Assembly (NCBI RefSeq): GCF_009914755.1
Contig: NC_060930.1
Source: the human T2T-CHM13v2.0 reference genome, Homo sapiens
DNA length: 64,000 nucleotides
Strand: one strand, 5' to 3'
Below the pieces are notes generated by a model, which had not been told where the DNA came from, did no database searches, and was given only the letters and a program-made list of their open reading frames with translations. Within the stretch, counting starts at the first letter, position 1. Each line of letters starts with the position of its first letter. The translations under genes and the position numbers were made by a program. This document shows positions 27,980-42,233 of this stretch, piece after piece.

Positions 27980-28040
27980 CGATCGATCTATAGAGCATAT
28001 CCTATTGGTTCTGTTTCTCTGCAGAATCATGATAAATATA
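27499..28040 (+). mobile_element. MLT2 (ERVL) solo LTR
   Basis: ttaatttcatgtgttagc...aacattattctggatgtgtctg...cctattggttctgtttctct, typical of MLT2. Confidence 0.8.
27937..27988. repeat. (GATA)10(GATC)3 compound tetranucleotide STR
   Basis: Counted directly. Confidence 0.95.
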
Positions 28041-28099
28041 CCTTTTCTTTGCCTTTTTTCCTCTGCTAATGTTCTGATCACTAACAAAACACAACTCTT

Positions 28100-28880
28100 G
28101 TCATGGGTATTTGTTTAATAGCAGGCATTTGTGGTTTACTGCCCACTATCCACACCTGTTCCTTCTGGTTACAGAGCCGAGTTTTCAGTTCAGAAGTTTG
28201 GATGGTGTTGTCCCAGTTCCAACCAATAGACCATGATAGTCTTACTTTAGTCCAGATTGGCCATCTGCCTGGCAAGATGATTTCTTCAAGGATAACATAA
28301 ACCCAGCCAAAGAAAAGTTACCACTCTTCTTTTGGACTTGGTAGTGGGAGGACAAGAGGCAGAGGGGTGTAGGTTGCTTCAGCCTTCTTGGCCTATGAAA
28401 GGAGTCACTGAGTGAAGGCAGCTGGCACCTACAGAAAGCGCAGACAAGACAGAAATCTCGTGGATATTGTTAGAGGTTTAAAGCAGGCTCTACCCCAAAT
28501 CAGAGCTTCCATAGGCTTCCAGTTATGTGAGCCAACACACTGTTTCTGCCAAGTCTAGTTTGACTTAGGTTTTCTATGACTTTCATCATGCAGAATCCTA
28601 ACTGATATACCCTCCGGTATGATTGTTTCAGTGGCATCTCCTAAACCTGGTACCTCAGTGAATAAACTTGAGCTGGAGCTGCGAGCCATCCAGCCACTAC
28701 CAACACCCACACATGGAAAAAACCATGAGATGAGGAAGAGAGAATCCCATCCTAATGACATTGTTTGAGCTGCTAAATCCATCTTAGTGCTGCCCTGCAC
28801 TCTCCAATTACGTGTATGCATATGCTGATTTGGGTTCATTTTTCTGTCACCTATAACCAAAAGATTTCTAACCAAGATAT
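28100..28880 (+). mobile_element. Old MLT1 LTR remnants (two pieces)
   Basis: MLT1-type 3' ends at ~28605 (atcctaactgata) and ~28875 (ttctaaccaagata). Confidence 0.5.
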
Positions 28881-31180
28881 TGGCAATGCCAGAGACTCTC
28901 ACATGGTGGTGAATGACTTGCACAACTATTAAAGCCTCAAGAACTACGTAAAAATACCCCTGGACCATCGTGCTAAAATCTTAATACTTGACTTTAGCAT
29001 GGGTGGTTTACCTAAGGAAATGTTGAGAAGAACAACTTTTGCTCAGCATGGCTTAATACCAAACCTACTGCCCTTACTTCCATATTTTCCTTGGTTGTTA
29101 TCACACTACATCATGGGCCTGGAACCTGATAATCTTGCAGACTCTAATATATACATTGATCTACCTTTCCCCTTTTCCAATTTTCTAGCAAGTCCCCTAA
29201 GAGTTTCTTTTTCAAATGACTGGAATTTCCTGAGTGAAATTTGTTCCCTCAGCCTCACTGTAAGCAGGGATGCATTTAGAAAATTCTGATGCATGGAAGG
29301 TATTTTTGAAACTTGTAATCTACCAAGAGAAAATGTTCTACCACATTTCAGCTAAGCTACTCCCACAGGATCAGGATCAACTAAATGCAGAGAATTGCCC
29401 CTTTACATTTCCAACTTAAACTATTCTGCCTGGTCCTCAGCTTTAAGCATGTTTCCCAAAAATAAAGAAGAAAGAAGCTCCTTAGGAGCACCTCCCAGTT
29501 CTCCCCTGGTGTGGACAGCCTCCTGGCTTCAGCACAAACTAGCCTGTAGAAATGGAAGTGAAGTTAGCCCAAGTCATAGAACATTGGGCCACGGAGATAA
29601 ATCAAGACTGAACTGGATGCTGTGTCTGAATTATTTGACTTGGCATCACACTCAGCAGATGATTGTCAGTTTCCCATTTCCTTTTGTGCTGTGCTTTCTC
29701 AGACTCCACACCAAAAGGAAGCTGATACTCTCTCTCCATCGCTGACACACCACCCTCCTGCCAACTGTGGGAGGATCCTGGCTTTGTACGGCCTGAGGTT
29801 TATACCATTTGGGGTCCCTCTTTCAGAATACAGAATTTAAAATAAAATATTGGAAGTGTCCCATATGAGAGAGAAGCCCTCATGCTTAAGTTTCATTAGC
29901 TCCATGGGAAATCCAGCGCTGCCCCTATCCAAGAAGGGGTGGGAGCCTAAGGCATAGAGCACCTTGCCCCTGTAGCTACTTCACAAATGCCTTTGACTGC
30001 CAAGGAAAGGAGCTTTATCTTCATTGTTATACCTTTCTCTCTGCTCTATTTTGGTTTTTGCATAGAAGAAAGGGAGATTACTCTGCTTCTCTTGGAAACC
30101 AACCATTAGGAAATTCTCAAAACCTGCAGCAACACTCAAGAGAATTGTAGAATGTTCCATGTCAAAGAAACATTAACAACTAGATTATCAAAACTTCTTG
30201 CTTTCTAGATAAAGAAACAAAGCTAAAAATGTGCCAAAGGCTGTGCTTTAGCAGAATGTCTAGTCCAGAGGACTAGAATTTAGGTCTTTGCTCGAAAAGA
30301 AGCATGCAGGAGCCACAGCCACTCACACAGCCCCCGATCTGTGCTCTCTCTCAAAGCTCACCCTGTCTTTCAATGATTGCAATGAAACGGTAACTTTTAC
30401 TTACACATTTTGAGGAAGTGGTCACCACAAATCTGCCCTTTGAGAGAGAAGAGTATTTTAAAGTGTCGCAACCAGTTTGAATATCAGCCTAGCCATTTGT
30501 TAGCTATGTAAGGTTGGGATCAGTTACTTAATCATGCTGATCCTTTTGTGTCTTCATTTGTGAAATAAAAATGGTGCACCTTCTTGGCAAGGCTTCTTGG
30601 TGTGTCAACTATTAGATGTCAACTAATAATAGATGTCAACTATCTCCTGCAGTGGCTGTCATTCCAAATGCAGACCATGCAAATGTATCTGCCTTGGGCT
30701 CCTCCCAAAGACCCCTGAATAAAAGTATAGAGGTACAGAAAGGAATCTGTCATAAAAGTGAAGAGAATAGGACAGTCACCAATACAGAGAGTTCAACCAA
30801 TTTCAACACATTTCTGTAACACGGAACACGGATAGGGATGGGTAGACAGAAGAAAGAGGTTTAGGAAGCCACTACATTTAATGGAGGAGAAAAGGATTAG
30901 GATACAGTCTGCCCAGCAGAACCTCAAGCCCTAAAGAGGGCTCTAGGTCCAGAGTCAGCAGATTTTACCCAGGTGGGAGTGAGAGGTGGGGGCTTAATGG
31001 GATATCTCTAAATTGTGCACGTGCACCAGCCCAAATCCTCATCCTCACCCTCCTCTTCCCACCCTTGTTTTCAGAGAGAAAGTTTTCTTTGGAGTAAAAT
31101 ATCAACACTTCTGCAAAGCCAGTGAACAAATTATATGAGGAAAGCTAATGCTTTACTAGGGGGATTGACTCTGACATCCC

Positions 31181-31541
31181 TGATATGGTTTGGCTGTGTC
31201 CCCACCCAAATCTCATTTTGAACTGTAGCTCCCATAATCCCCACATGTCATGGGAGGGACCCGGTGGGAGGTAACTGACTCATGGGGGCAGGTTTCTCCT
31301 GTGCTGTTTGCGTGATATTGAATAAGTCTCACGAGATCTGATGGTTTTATAAAGGGCAGTTCTGTACACGCTTTCTTGCCTGCCGCCATGTAAGATGGGC
31401 CTTTGCTCCTTCTTCACCATCCACAATGATTGTGAGGCCTCCTCAGCCAATGTGGAACTGTGAGTCCATTAAACGTCTTTTCTTTATAGATTACCCAGTC
31501 TCAGGTATTTCTTCATAGTTGTATGAGAACAGACTAATACA
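31181..31541 (+). mobile_element. THE1 solo LTR (THE1C/D-like)
   Basis: tgatatggtttggctgtgtccccacccaaatctca...gactaataca; near-TSD atccc/atacc. Confidence 0.92.
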
Positions 31542-31599
31542 ATACCTGAATAAGACCTTCCCATAAAAGAAGTATGCCAGCTTCCCAATGAGAAGCCAT

Positions 31600-32130
31600 T
31601 GCACATCCACACAATGGATGAAACCCAAACCAACCACCCAAAGCTTTTTTCTTAGGTGAAGACATATAACAAAGGACCACCAGGTCTAGAAAAGGAACAC
31701 AGCAACAACAACAACAAAAGATCAAGATAACTAAGCAAAATAACTAACCCAGAGGAAACAGAAAATTCCAAAAGCAGAAGAGACATTTTTAAAGAATCAA
31801 TTTCTTATAAAGAGAGATCAAAGATACTATTACATCTAGAAAATGATGATAAGAAGCTATGAAAAAGGAACAATCAGAGAACAAGAAATAAATTTTGAGG
31901 AATTAAAAGTATAATTGCTTAGATTAAAAAGAAAAGTCAAGTTTCTAAAATAAAGTTGAGGAACTCTCCCAGAATATACACGATAAGATAAATAAGATAA
32001 GAGACTAGAAAAGTAATTCAGGAGATCTAACATTTAACTAACAGGAGTCTGAAAAAACTACCAGTGGAAAAAACAGAAACCAGTAATATTTTAATAGATC
32101 ACCTCAGGGAAGAAGGAATAAAGAAACAGA
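31600..32130 (+). mobile_element. Ancient L1M 5'/ORF1-region remnant
   Basis: Strongly A-rich sense-strand sequence with L1M-like motifs; weak call. Confidence 0.4.
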
Positions 32131-32133
32131 GCA

Positions 32134-32415
32134 GGCTGGGCGCAGTGGCTCACACCTGTAATCCCAACATTTTGGAAGGCCGAGGCAGGCAGATCACTTG
32201 AGGCTAGGAGTTTGAGATCAGCCTGGGCAACATAGTGAGATTCTGTCTCTACAAAAAATTTAAAAATTAGCTGGGCATGGTGAGGCACATCTGTGGTCCC
32301 AGATACTTGGGAGGCTGAAGCAGGAGGATCACTTAAGCCCAGGAGTTAAAGGCTGCACCTCCACTGCACTCCAGCCTGGATGACAGAGCAAGACCCTATC
32401 TCAAAAAAAAAAAAA
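32134..32415 (+). mobile_element. AluJ-type SINE
   Basis: Diverged dimeric Alu with poly(A). Confidence 0.9.
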
Positions 32416-32532
32416 GAAAGGAAGCAAAGGAGCAGAAGGCTGCTGAATTGAGATCTTAGGAATCTCAAGCTCTTAGATACCATTTACATTGTTACCACTG
32501 ATACCACGATATTGTTACCATATACACGTATT

Positions 32533-32969
32533 ATGGTTGAGCCTTGAACAATGGGGAGACAAGAGGGACAAATCCCCCAACAGAGTTGAAAATCCACACA
32601 TAACGCCCCCAAAACCTAACAACTAATGACTACAGTTGACTAAAAGCTTTACCAATAACATAAACAGGTGATTAACGCATATTTTATATATTGTATGTAT
32701 TATATGCTGTATTCTTACAGTAAAGTAAACTCAAGGAAAAAAGGATAAGAAAATCATAAGAGAAAATGTATTTACTATTCATGAAGTGGAAGTGGAAGTT
32801 GATCACCATAAAGATCTCCATCCTCGTTATCTTCACGTTGAGTAGGCTGATGAGGAGCAGGCAGAGGAGGGGTTGGTCTTGCTGTCTCAGGAGTAGCAGA
32901 GGTAGAAGAAAACCCACGCACCAGTGGACCCTCACAGTTCACACTAGTGTTGTTCAAGGGTTAACTGTA
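32533..32969. mobile_element. Tigger2a-like (TcMar-Tigger) element
   Basis: Inverted termini ggttgagccttgaacaa / ttgttcaagggttaactg with TA flanks; internal tcttcacgttgagtaggctga motif. Confidence 0.75.
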
Positions 32970-33474
32970 CTTTGATACTGGTAAACAGCATATTCCCAAT
33001 AACTGAAATGTATCATGTGTACATTTCCACTCTGGAAGGTGTCAGGACCAAGGGTATCTCTTGGAGAATTTAGAATTTTCATCTTTGTCAGCCTTCCAAG
33101 CCGCCCCCCTAAATAAATATACATCCAAGTCAAGTCAACATGATTTCTACATGAAAGCTACTTCAAGACAAGTCCTCCAATTCTCACTCCCTTTTCTAAT
33201 TAAGTTGCCATCCCACTCTCCTTCAACATAGAGACCCTGGAGTCATCTGTGCTCTGACCTCCCCAGCTGGCCTCAGCTCTCTTCCTCCAGTTGTTTAAGG
33301 GACACGTACTAACCTGACTCACTCCCCACTGAAACTCCACCATCTAAAACAGTTTATCCAACCTCTGTTCAATTTCCCTCCATTCATGTAAAGCCAGGGG
33401 ACTAATCTTTCTTAATAAGGAGGTTCCCTCTACCAAGGGCTAAATTATAACAAGAGTTACCTCTGCTAAGGGGT

Positions 33475-33850
33475 CATTTTATGCTAGACACTTTCTAAAT
33501 GTTTCCTCTAATCACCCACCATTCTGCAAACAGATATTATAATATTACCCTCAATTTTAAATGGATAAATCTGAGGTTTCAGGGGGTTAAATAATTTGCC
33601 CAAGGACAAAAAGTAAGTGGAGGAGCAAGAATTTTGGCCCACGGTTATCTGACTTCAAAGCCCACACTTTTACATTTCACCACAGCCCTGCCCTAATTAT
33701 TTATATTTGCATTACATTTTATAAGCACATTTATATATTAACCCAGTTTTATTAATTGAACAACCCTATGATATAAGTTACCAGCCCCATTTTACAGGTG
33801 AGAATATTGAGGCCCAAATAAGTTAATGATTTGCTGTTGATCACATGATG
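33475..33850 (-). mobile_element. Two MIR remnants
   Basis: MIR cores ttaaataatttgcccaagg and cccattttacaggtgagaatattgaggccca. Confidence 0.6.
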
Positions 33851-35137
33851 CATTCGGTGCCCACTGATTCTTAAAACTACAAGCACCTGTTTTTATGCCA
33901 CTTTTCAGCTCAGTTTTCGTCATTTGACATTGTACCCTTATGGTGCATCAAGTGTCACTACAACTGTGACTTTTTAGTTTCTGCTGCCAATTGTTTCATG
34001 GCCAAACCCTTCATTCTATCACTCTGCACAATCTTCAGTCTGGCCACAAGGCACATCCTCCATCCCTGCCGGGCAGGTCTCCTGGCCGTGCACCCACACT
34101 TGCTAAGCTCATCCCCATCTTTAAACCTATGCCTAGGCTCACCCCTTCCTGGGACACTCTGTGTCTTTTATCTGCCCAAATTGTCCCCGTTATTTTAATG
34201 CCCATGTCAGATTCCAGGTGAACGTCTATCTTGTCTATCCCTAATAGCCCATAGTATAGGTTTTCACTGCCCTGCATGTTGGGCATTTATAGTTTTCAAT
34301 CAGACCCCCCTCTTATGTTTATTTATCCCCCGTGAAGGCTTTGTGCTTCAAACCTGCAGGAGCTCTGTGAAGTCAAGGATGAAAACATGTATTTCTTTGT
34401 ATGTCCCCCATGCCCAGTACTTCGGGCCTACAAGATGCATAGCTTTTAGAAAATGCTCAGCAAACCCTTGAGGAACTAAACTTACAGCTTTTTTGAGTTG
34501 TTTGTCCCCAAATCAAGCATCTCTCTTCCCCTGTTATTCAACTTCTCTTGAAAGCTTGCCAGGTCCTCGTGACTTTCCTTTGAGTCATTTGCTTCTCTCC
34601 CCCACATTTTCCAGGGTTATTTTTTCCACTGACCTGGTGTTCTGATGTGCCCCATGCATATTCTTCATTTGTCTTTACTTTCTGCTCTTTCACAAAGCAA
34701 AATGTGAAATGATCCATGCTTTCATTGGCAAAGTTCAATCTTGGGTTTTCTTCCCCCTCCTAACTGAACCATTCATGTGGAGGAAGCTTTTGATCCAGGA
34801 TTCAGATACCCAGTCACATTTTACATAACCAGAAACCATGCTAGGTGGTTATGTAAACTCTGTTTTTGACTTGAATAGCCAGACAACAGTCTTTACAATT
34901 TAGGTTAAAGCATGTTGTCAGCTTCCATTCATTTCTTATGGTCTGAGTGTCAACGTTATCCCACAATAGTGCTGTCAAAGAGATTCATGAGTGTGTCAGG
35001 AGGAATATTTGAAGACAAAAAAAATATATTTTTTAGACCATTTTTGTGTAATGTGTTGTCATTACCATAGAAAATGCCTAAGAAGAGATCAAGTTTGCTC
35101 GTACAGTTTAGTGAACAATAGCTAGAAAAGAGGTAAT

Positions 35138-35457
<320 letters not shown>

Positions 35458-36979
35458 CTACGAGGCAAGGCAGAGGGTCAACATTCAAGGAAAGTGCCTT
35501 CATTTATAATAAAATGTCCAGGCAAGTGGCCACTTCTTTAGATACTGATGAACTAAGTGACTTTTTGTTGTTATAAATAACCTTTTATTTTGGCAGGGAC
35601 TGCTTTCTAACATACATTCACTATCACTTAGCTTTGAGAATTCAGGATATTTCTGGAAGGACATGACAATGAGAGGAAGAAGCATGGAGAAACTGAGGAA
35701 TCAAAACACAAACTGACCTGTCATGAAATCTCGGGGCGGGGGGCGGGGAGCCACTTCAAGTTTTGAACCAAATGTCCCGTCTTTAGTTCCTGGCTTCTTC
35801 AAGTTGCTTTGTCCTGAGGTCTTTGCCCTTTAAAGTTACACCTTTGGCGTCTCCAAAGTACTTGATGTACATGGAGACTTACTTAAGCTCTTGTTAACAT
35901 CGGCTCATCCATTTTCTTCCTAGGATCATGTAAACATCACATGCCACAGTTTTGTGCTGTGGGACTTGACCATTTGATCAAACCACTGTAAAGGAGGTAT
36001 GCCATGTGGTTTCTAGCCTAATCTGACAAGGTAGAGGTCAATGTGGCCTCAGTCATAGTTTGCCTACCCTGGGGACAACATGAACCTAGTGATTAGTGAG
36101 AGGAACCTATGTTTTTGTACTTTGAAGGGGATGAGGGTGTAAGCTACCACCTTGAAGATTCTGCCTGATGACGCAGAATTTTTAGAAATCTTTCAGACTG
36201 ATTAATGAACCAAGCTCACTCATGCTTCCTGGTCAGTCACCTTAGTGAGCAAAAGTTCTCTTCCAAAATTAAAAAATGTCATTCCCGATAGCGATCGCCG
36301 AAAAGCTTTTAAGGGCTAATACAATAATATAGAATTATGTCAAAAATCTTCTCATCTGAAGTTGTTAAATTTTAAAATCAATCCCAACATTTGCCAAGCA
36401 AAAGTGGGATAGATTTGACAATAAGATATTTAAATTACTTTATATCAAACCAAAAAATAGTAATAATTCCACAAATGAGAAAAATCTTCACAGCTGCTGT
36501 GTCAGAAAGTTGCTTAATATTTCTACCATATGAGGAGTTTATACATGTCAATAAGAAAAACACTACAATACCAATAATTAAGTTAAGGATAGGAATGATT
36601 TTACAAAAAAGAAAGTTTAGCAACAGTAAGCATAACAATTATTAATCTCAAAAATTATCAAAGAAATTTAAATTAAAAATATTAGCCATTTTCCCTCATC
36701 ACATACCTATTTTTTAAATAATAACTTAGTAAGGGTTTTCTAAAACAGGTGATGTCACATATTTTTGGCATGAAAATGTCTTATAGCAGCTTTGGAAAGA
36801 ACTTCAGCAAAAATTATCAAGGATCTAGGAATTTTATTTCTGAGAATTTATCCCAAGGAAAAAACTTAAAATTGGGAAGGCGGACTTCTATCCATACATG
36901 TTTACTAAAGTGTTCTTTGAGGAAGAGACAGATTGCATAATTTAAATTTTTTTGTGTGATTACTAAAAAATTAAGAATA

Positions 36980-37200
36980 GTTAACACTTTTGAGCACTTA
37001 CACTGTCCCTGAAACTGTCCTAAAGGTTTATGTGATTGAATCGTTTACTGTCATAAAACCCCTATTGAGTGGATGTACTATTGTTATCCAGTTTTACAGA
37101 TGAGGAAACCAAGGCACAGAGAGGCTCAATAACTTGCCCCAGGTTAAATAGTAAGTGATAGGGCCAGAACTGGCATCAGGAGCTAATTCTCAATTACTCA
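36980..37200 (-). mobile_element. MIR SINE
   Basis: ttttacagatgaggaaaccaaggcacagagagg core. Confidence 0.7.
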
Positions 37201-37632
37201 CTTATATTCCCTCTCTCATTGTATAATAGTTTCATTGTAGAGAACTTACAAAAGACAGGTAAACATAACAACAAAATTTAAATTCATTTGTAATAACCAG
37301 AGATAACTAGTAGTTAGTTCCTTTCAGTTATTTTGATAAGCATTTGTAAAATCCTATTACACAATTCCATCTCATGCTGCATTTATTCAACAAAATATTT
37401 CGAGAATTTTCCGTTCTCTTCTACAATTACTTGTGTTCCACCTGATATACATGTAATAGAGGTATATGGCCAGTTGATTTGCCTCTACTTTTAATTACTA
37501 TATTCAATGCATTAAACAGCTTTTACATAAATCTTTGTCTGAACTTTTGATTTCTGAAAACAGAACTTTGCTTTTGAGGACAAATGCCTTTCTTAAAAAC
37601 TATACAATTTTTAAGGATACTTGACATATTTT

Positions 37633-38139
37633 TTGACATTACTTTGCTTTTATTCTTTTTTATCTTTTTTTTTGTTTTGTTTTTGTTTTATTTATTTCAA
37701 TAGGTTATGGGGAACAGGCAGTGTTTGGTTACATGAATAAGTTCTTCAGCGGTGATTTCTGAGATATTGGTGCACCATTACCCAAGCTGTGTACACTGTA
37801 CCCAATGTGTAGTCTTTTATCCCTCACTGCCCTCCCACCCTTCCCCCGGAATCCCCAAAGTCTATTTTATCAGTCTTATGCCTTTGCATCCTCATAGCTC
37901 AGCTCCCACATACGATGTTTGATTTTCCATTCCTGAGTTACTTCACTTAGAATAATGGTCTCTAATTCCATCCAGGTTGCTGCAAATGCCATTTTTTTGT
38001 TCCTTTTTATGGCTGAGTAGTATTCCAAGGTATATGTATACCACATTTTCTTTATCCACTCATTGACTGATGGGCATTTGGACTGGTTCCATATTTTTGC
38101 AGTTGTGAATTGTGCTGCTATAAACGTGTGTGCAAGAGC
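37633..38139 (-). mobile_element. 5'-truncated L1PB-like 3' end
   Basis: Antisense L1PB 3'UTR with T-rich tail; 16-bp TSD atacttgacatatttt (37617-37632 and 38140-38155). Confidence 0.88.
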
Positions 38140-38156
38140 ATACTTGACATATTTTC

Positions 38157-38740
<584 letters not shown>

Positions 38741-40194
38741 TGATACATTTTCAAAGTGTTGTTCAGAAAATGTTTTATCAATTTATTTTCTTGTTAAGGG
38801 TATCTGACAACCTCTACCCTACCAATATCATTATTGAAAACATTTGCTAATTTAATAGTTTAAAAAAAGTCTCTTGTTGCCATCTTATTTGTCACTTTTT
38901 GTTCATTAATAGATATAAACATGTATCATATATCTAGTGGCCACTCAATATGTATTTTTTGTATAATTGCTCATTCATGTCCTTTTCTCAAAATTGGTGT
39001 TTCACGTATTGATTATGTAAGCTGTCTGTATATTAAGGCTATTATTCCATTTACACTTTTTATTACCTATATTTTTAAATGTTTTGTTTACTGTATTATT
39101 TATAAACATAAAAATCTGGAAACATGCTAACTCCAAAAGGGAAACAGTAAGTGTGCTACATTCATTTCGTGGGATATTATTTATTGAAGAAAATGTTTCT
39201 GAAAAGTTATCAATATATGGGGGAATGTTTATTTCGTGGTATTACAAGAAAATATAGGAAAAAGTTGGATGTTCAGTATGATAAAAACAAACAATATTCA
39301 TATTAAAAGACTGGAAGAAAAACTATTAACAGTGATGATTTTTAGTATTGGGTCTTTCATTGATTTTTTTTTCTTTCTTTTCTTCCTTTTGTTTTTTTTT
39401 TTTTGTAGAACAGTAGTATTTTCCACCAGAAAAGAAGAAATAAACTTGAAGAAGAGAGAGAAAAAGGAGAAAAAGGCATTGTAAAAGAACCAAAAAAAAG
39501 GGGAGGGGACTAGTACAAAGCTGATCTTCTATACAGCGTTTCACTTTGCTGAACTGCATGAGAGATTCCCTAATAAACTTCTTCTCACACTTGAATATCT
39601 TGTTCCAAAAAGTAGGAGATGTACCAGACAATCTGCCTTCCCTCAGCTTTCCTGCTTCTCACCAGGGGTGGCCTGGACCAGGTATTTCCACAAACCAGAG
39701 GGGCCCATGGAACCCCAGAACACAAGACAGATGGGCTTGAGTTCCAGGACCTGAGGACTCTCCATTAATTCCTCACTGAGGGCAGTTGGACTTGCTGCTG
39801 AAGGGCAGCCGGGGGCCCTATCCCACAGGCCTGGAAGGGTGGGACAGCAGCTGGTACACACAGACCCCATTCTGCCAGCTGTTAGCCACACAGCTGCAAA
39901 AAGAAGAGAAAGATCCAGGCAGCTACTTAGCTGACTGCACAAGGAGGGCCACTTACATCCTTTCACTGGATATAAGTTAGTTTTCCGACTGTCTTTTCCC
40001 CAGATGGGGTTTTACCTTCTCAGGGTATGAGTGCCCTTGGGATAGGAGAACCACTGACCTTATGGCATGACCAGAGCATCCTTTTGTGAATTGATTGCTG
40101 AACTCAAAGCATTTCTCCAAAAATCATGATGTTCCTCAAAAGGAAGAAAGGGAGTTAAGAAAAAGAATTTTAATCTGCACGTGACTGGGCATGG

Positions 40195-40320
40195 CACTGG
40201 TTCTTAACCCTGGCTGCACAGTGGAATCACATGAGGAACTTTACAAATGACTAATGCATCAGGGATTTAAAAAAAGCACCACAGGTGATTCTAATGTGCA
40301 GGCGGTTGGGAATCTCTAGG
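40195..40320. mobile_element. MER5-type hAT MITE remnant
   Basis: ggttcttaaccctggctgcacagtggaatcac...aggtgattctaatgtgcag. Confidence 0.65.
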
Positions 40321-42190
40321 CAAAAGCGATGAGTTAAAGCGATTGAGAAGATCGTTAAATCCAAATGAAGCGTTTGAGAAACAGATTCAGTACCTCTGGT
40401 GGAGCTGGAATATTTGTAATTGTGTAATTCAGTTCAAGGGTTTAGTACTTTTTCCATCACTTCGTGTTTTCATCTTACATCATCTTCATCTTGCATCTCT
40501 ATGAATAACCCTCTTCCCCATTGTCAAAGGCAGCAAAGAAAGGGTTACAGTATCTTGCCCAATGTCCCCTCACTAATACAGAATGAGGCACAGAGAGCTT
40601 GAATAATATAATGGAAGCCTAAGGCCAAAAGCCACAGCCCTAACATCCTTGCTATTAATAGAATATTGTTTACTTTGGAGTGGAAGAGCTTTTTAATGGA
40701 ATTGGTATATGTGCAGAATAGTGTTAAATCAGTGGAAGATTGAGAAAATATTAGGGGGAAATTTGTTGCTACTCTCATTATTAATTTGTAATGGGTCTTT
40801 AATATGGCAACAAATGAAAACATCTTTGACTACTTGTTAAGCCAATAGAAATAACAAGAGAAATTCAGTGTACTAAACAGTATTTTAAAGACAATTACTA
40901 GATAAGGATTTACTAGTGAAAATTCTATCAGAAACAAACCCAAACAAAAACTCTATCATTAACAACGCATATGGCCTGATGTGAAAAGCGTTATGAGACC
41001 AAAAAGAAAGTTCTAATGCTGTAAATATATTAGAAGTTTATCAGCTAATGAATAGAATACAATTGATTCAGTGACTTAAAGTTTAACTAGTAGTTTATTT
41101 TATTTATGATTTTATAAAGTGAAAAGGGAAAGCAATCAATAAACCTACATGAGAAGAAACAAGAATGGAAAACTTGGTGGTTTAGATGCCTATTTACATG
41201 GGAAAACGTTTCAGATCCCCTGGGATGATAAAATGTCTGTTGAAAGAAACATAAAAGGAAGATGATAGGAAATTTAATAAACCCAAATTACAGAATGTGT
41301 TTCTTTCCATACTACAATTTGGCTGTGGTTACATATGATAAATAGAGATAAAGAAATACAATAGGAAAAGAAGAACAAGTACAGTCTTCTTGATGACAAG
41401 TATCTTGTAAACAGGCAGTAACATTTATTTTTAAATGGTTGTCCTCTTTTGCATGCATTCGTACTTTTTTAACATAAAAACCAGACATGTAAAGCTAAGA
41501 AAATAAGCAGCTACAATTAGAGTGGGAACTGGAATTGGGAGTGGGTGACCAGGGAAAGACGATGGAGTGGGCTTGTTCTCTTTTCTGTTCGCAAACCTGT
41601 AGTTAAGCAACAGGTTAAGAGAAGAAAACTCTTGTTCTGCAGCCAGAGACAAGTTCAGCAAGTTTCTGGACCAAAGAGTGAACTCACGGAAATGCCAATC
41701 CATCCACAGTCGACTATTAGTAAAGTAGAGTAGATGACAGATCTGGAAGAACCCACTGAAAGCCTGGTTGAAATCTCTAATTGCAAAAGAACATCAACAG
41801 AAAAATACAGCTGGAGGGAAATGAGCCTTGGTTTTCCTCCCAAACAGGCCCAGGAACAGACCTCAGAAATAATCCTGATCTAAATGTGCAGACTGGCCGG
41901 TGGAGTCTTCCTCCCTGGCCACATTTGCCTGAAAATGGAGCCTTCCCACAGCTGTTTGGAGCAGCTTGTGGCACACTGTTGTGTCTGTTCATTCAATATA
42001 ATTAAGAACTGCTTGCTCTAGGGGAAATGAAGGATTTGATTAAGGGGGAGTGTTTCTTCTCCCTTTCTTCTTTCTTGCTTTTGTTCAGTCTTACCCAAAT
42101 TTTTTTTACCATTTTTTAAGTCATGTCACTTTCTGGGGCAATTTCCACTTTTTGTTATGGACAACCAAGTGCTAAAGGCACATAGTAATG

Positions 42191-42192
<2 letters not shown>

Positions 42193-42224
<32 letters not shown>

Positions 42225-42233
42225 ATGTGTGTG
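42193..42233. repeat. (GT)15 microsatellite with imperfect extension
   Basis: Read directly. Confidence 0.95.

Noticed and set aside
41545-42005. Exon-like purine-rich stretch with overlapping short ORFs
   Set aside because: No recognisable protein similarity and no convincing acceptor/donor pair
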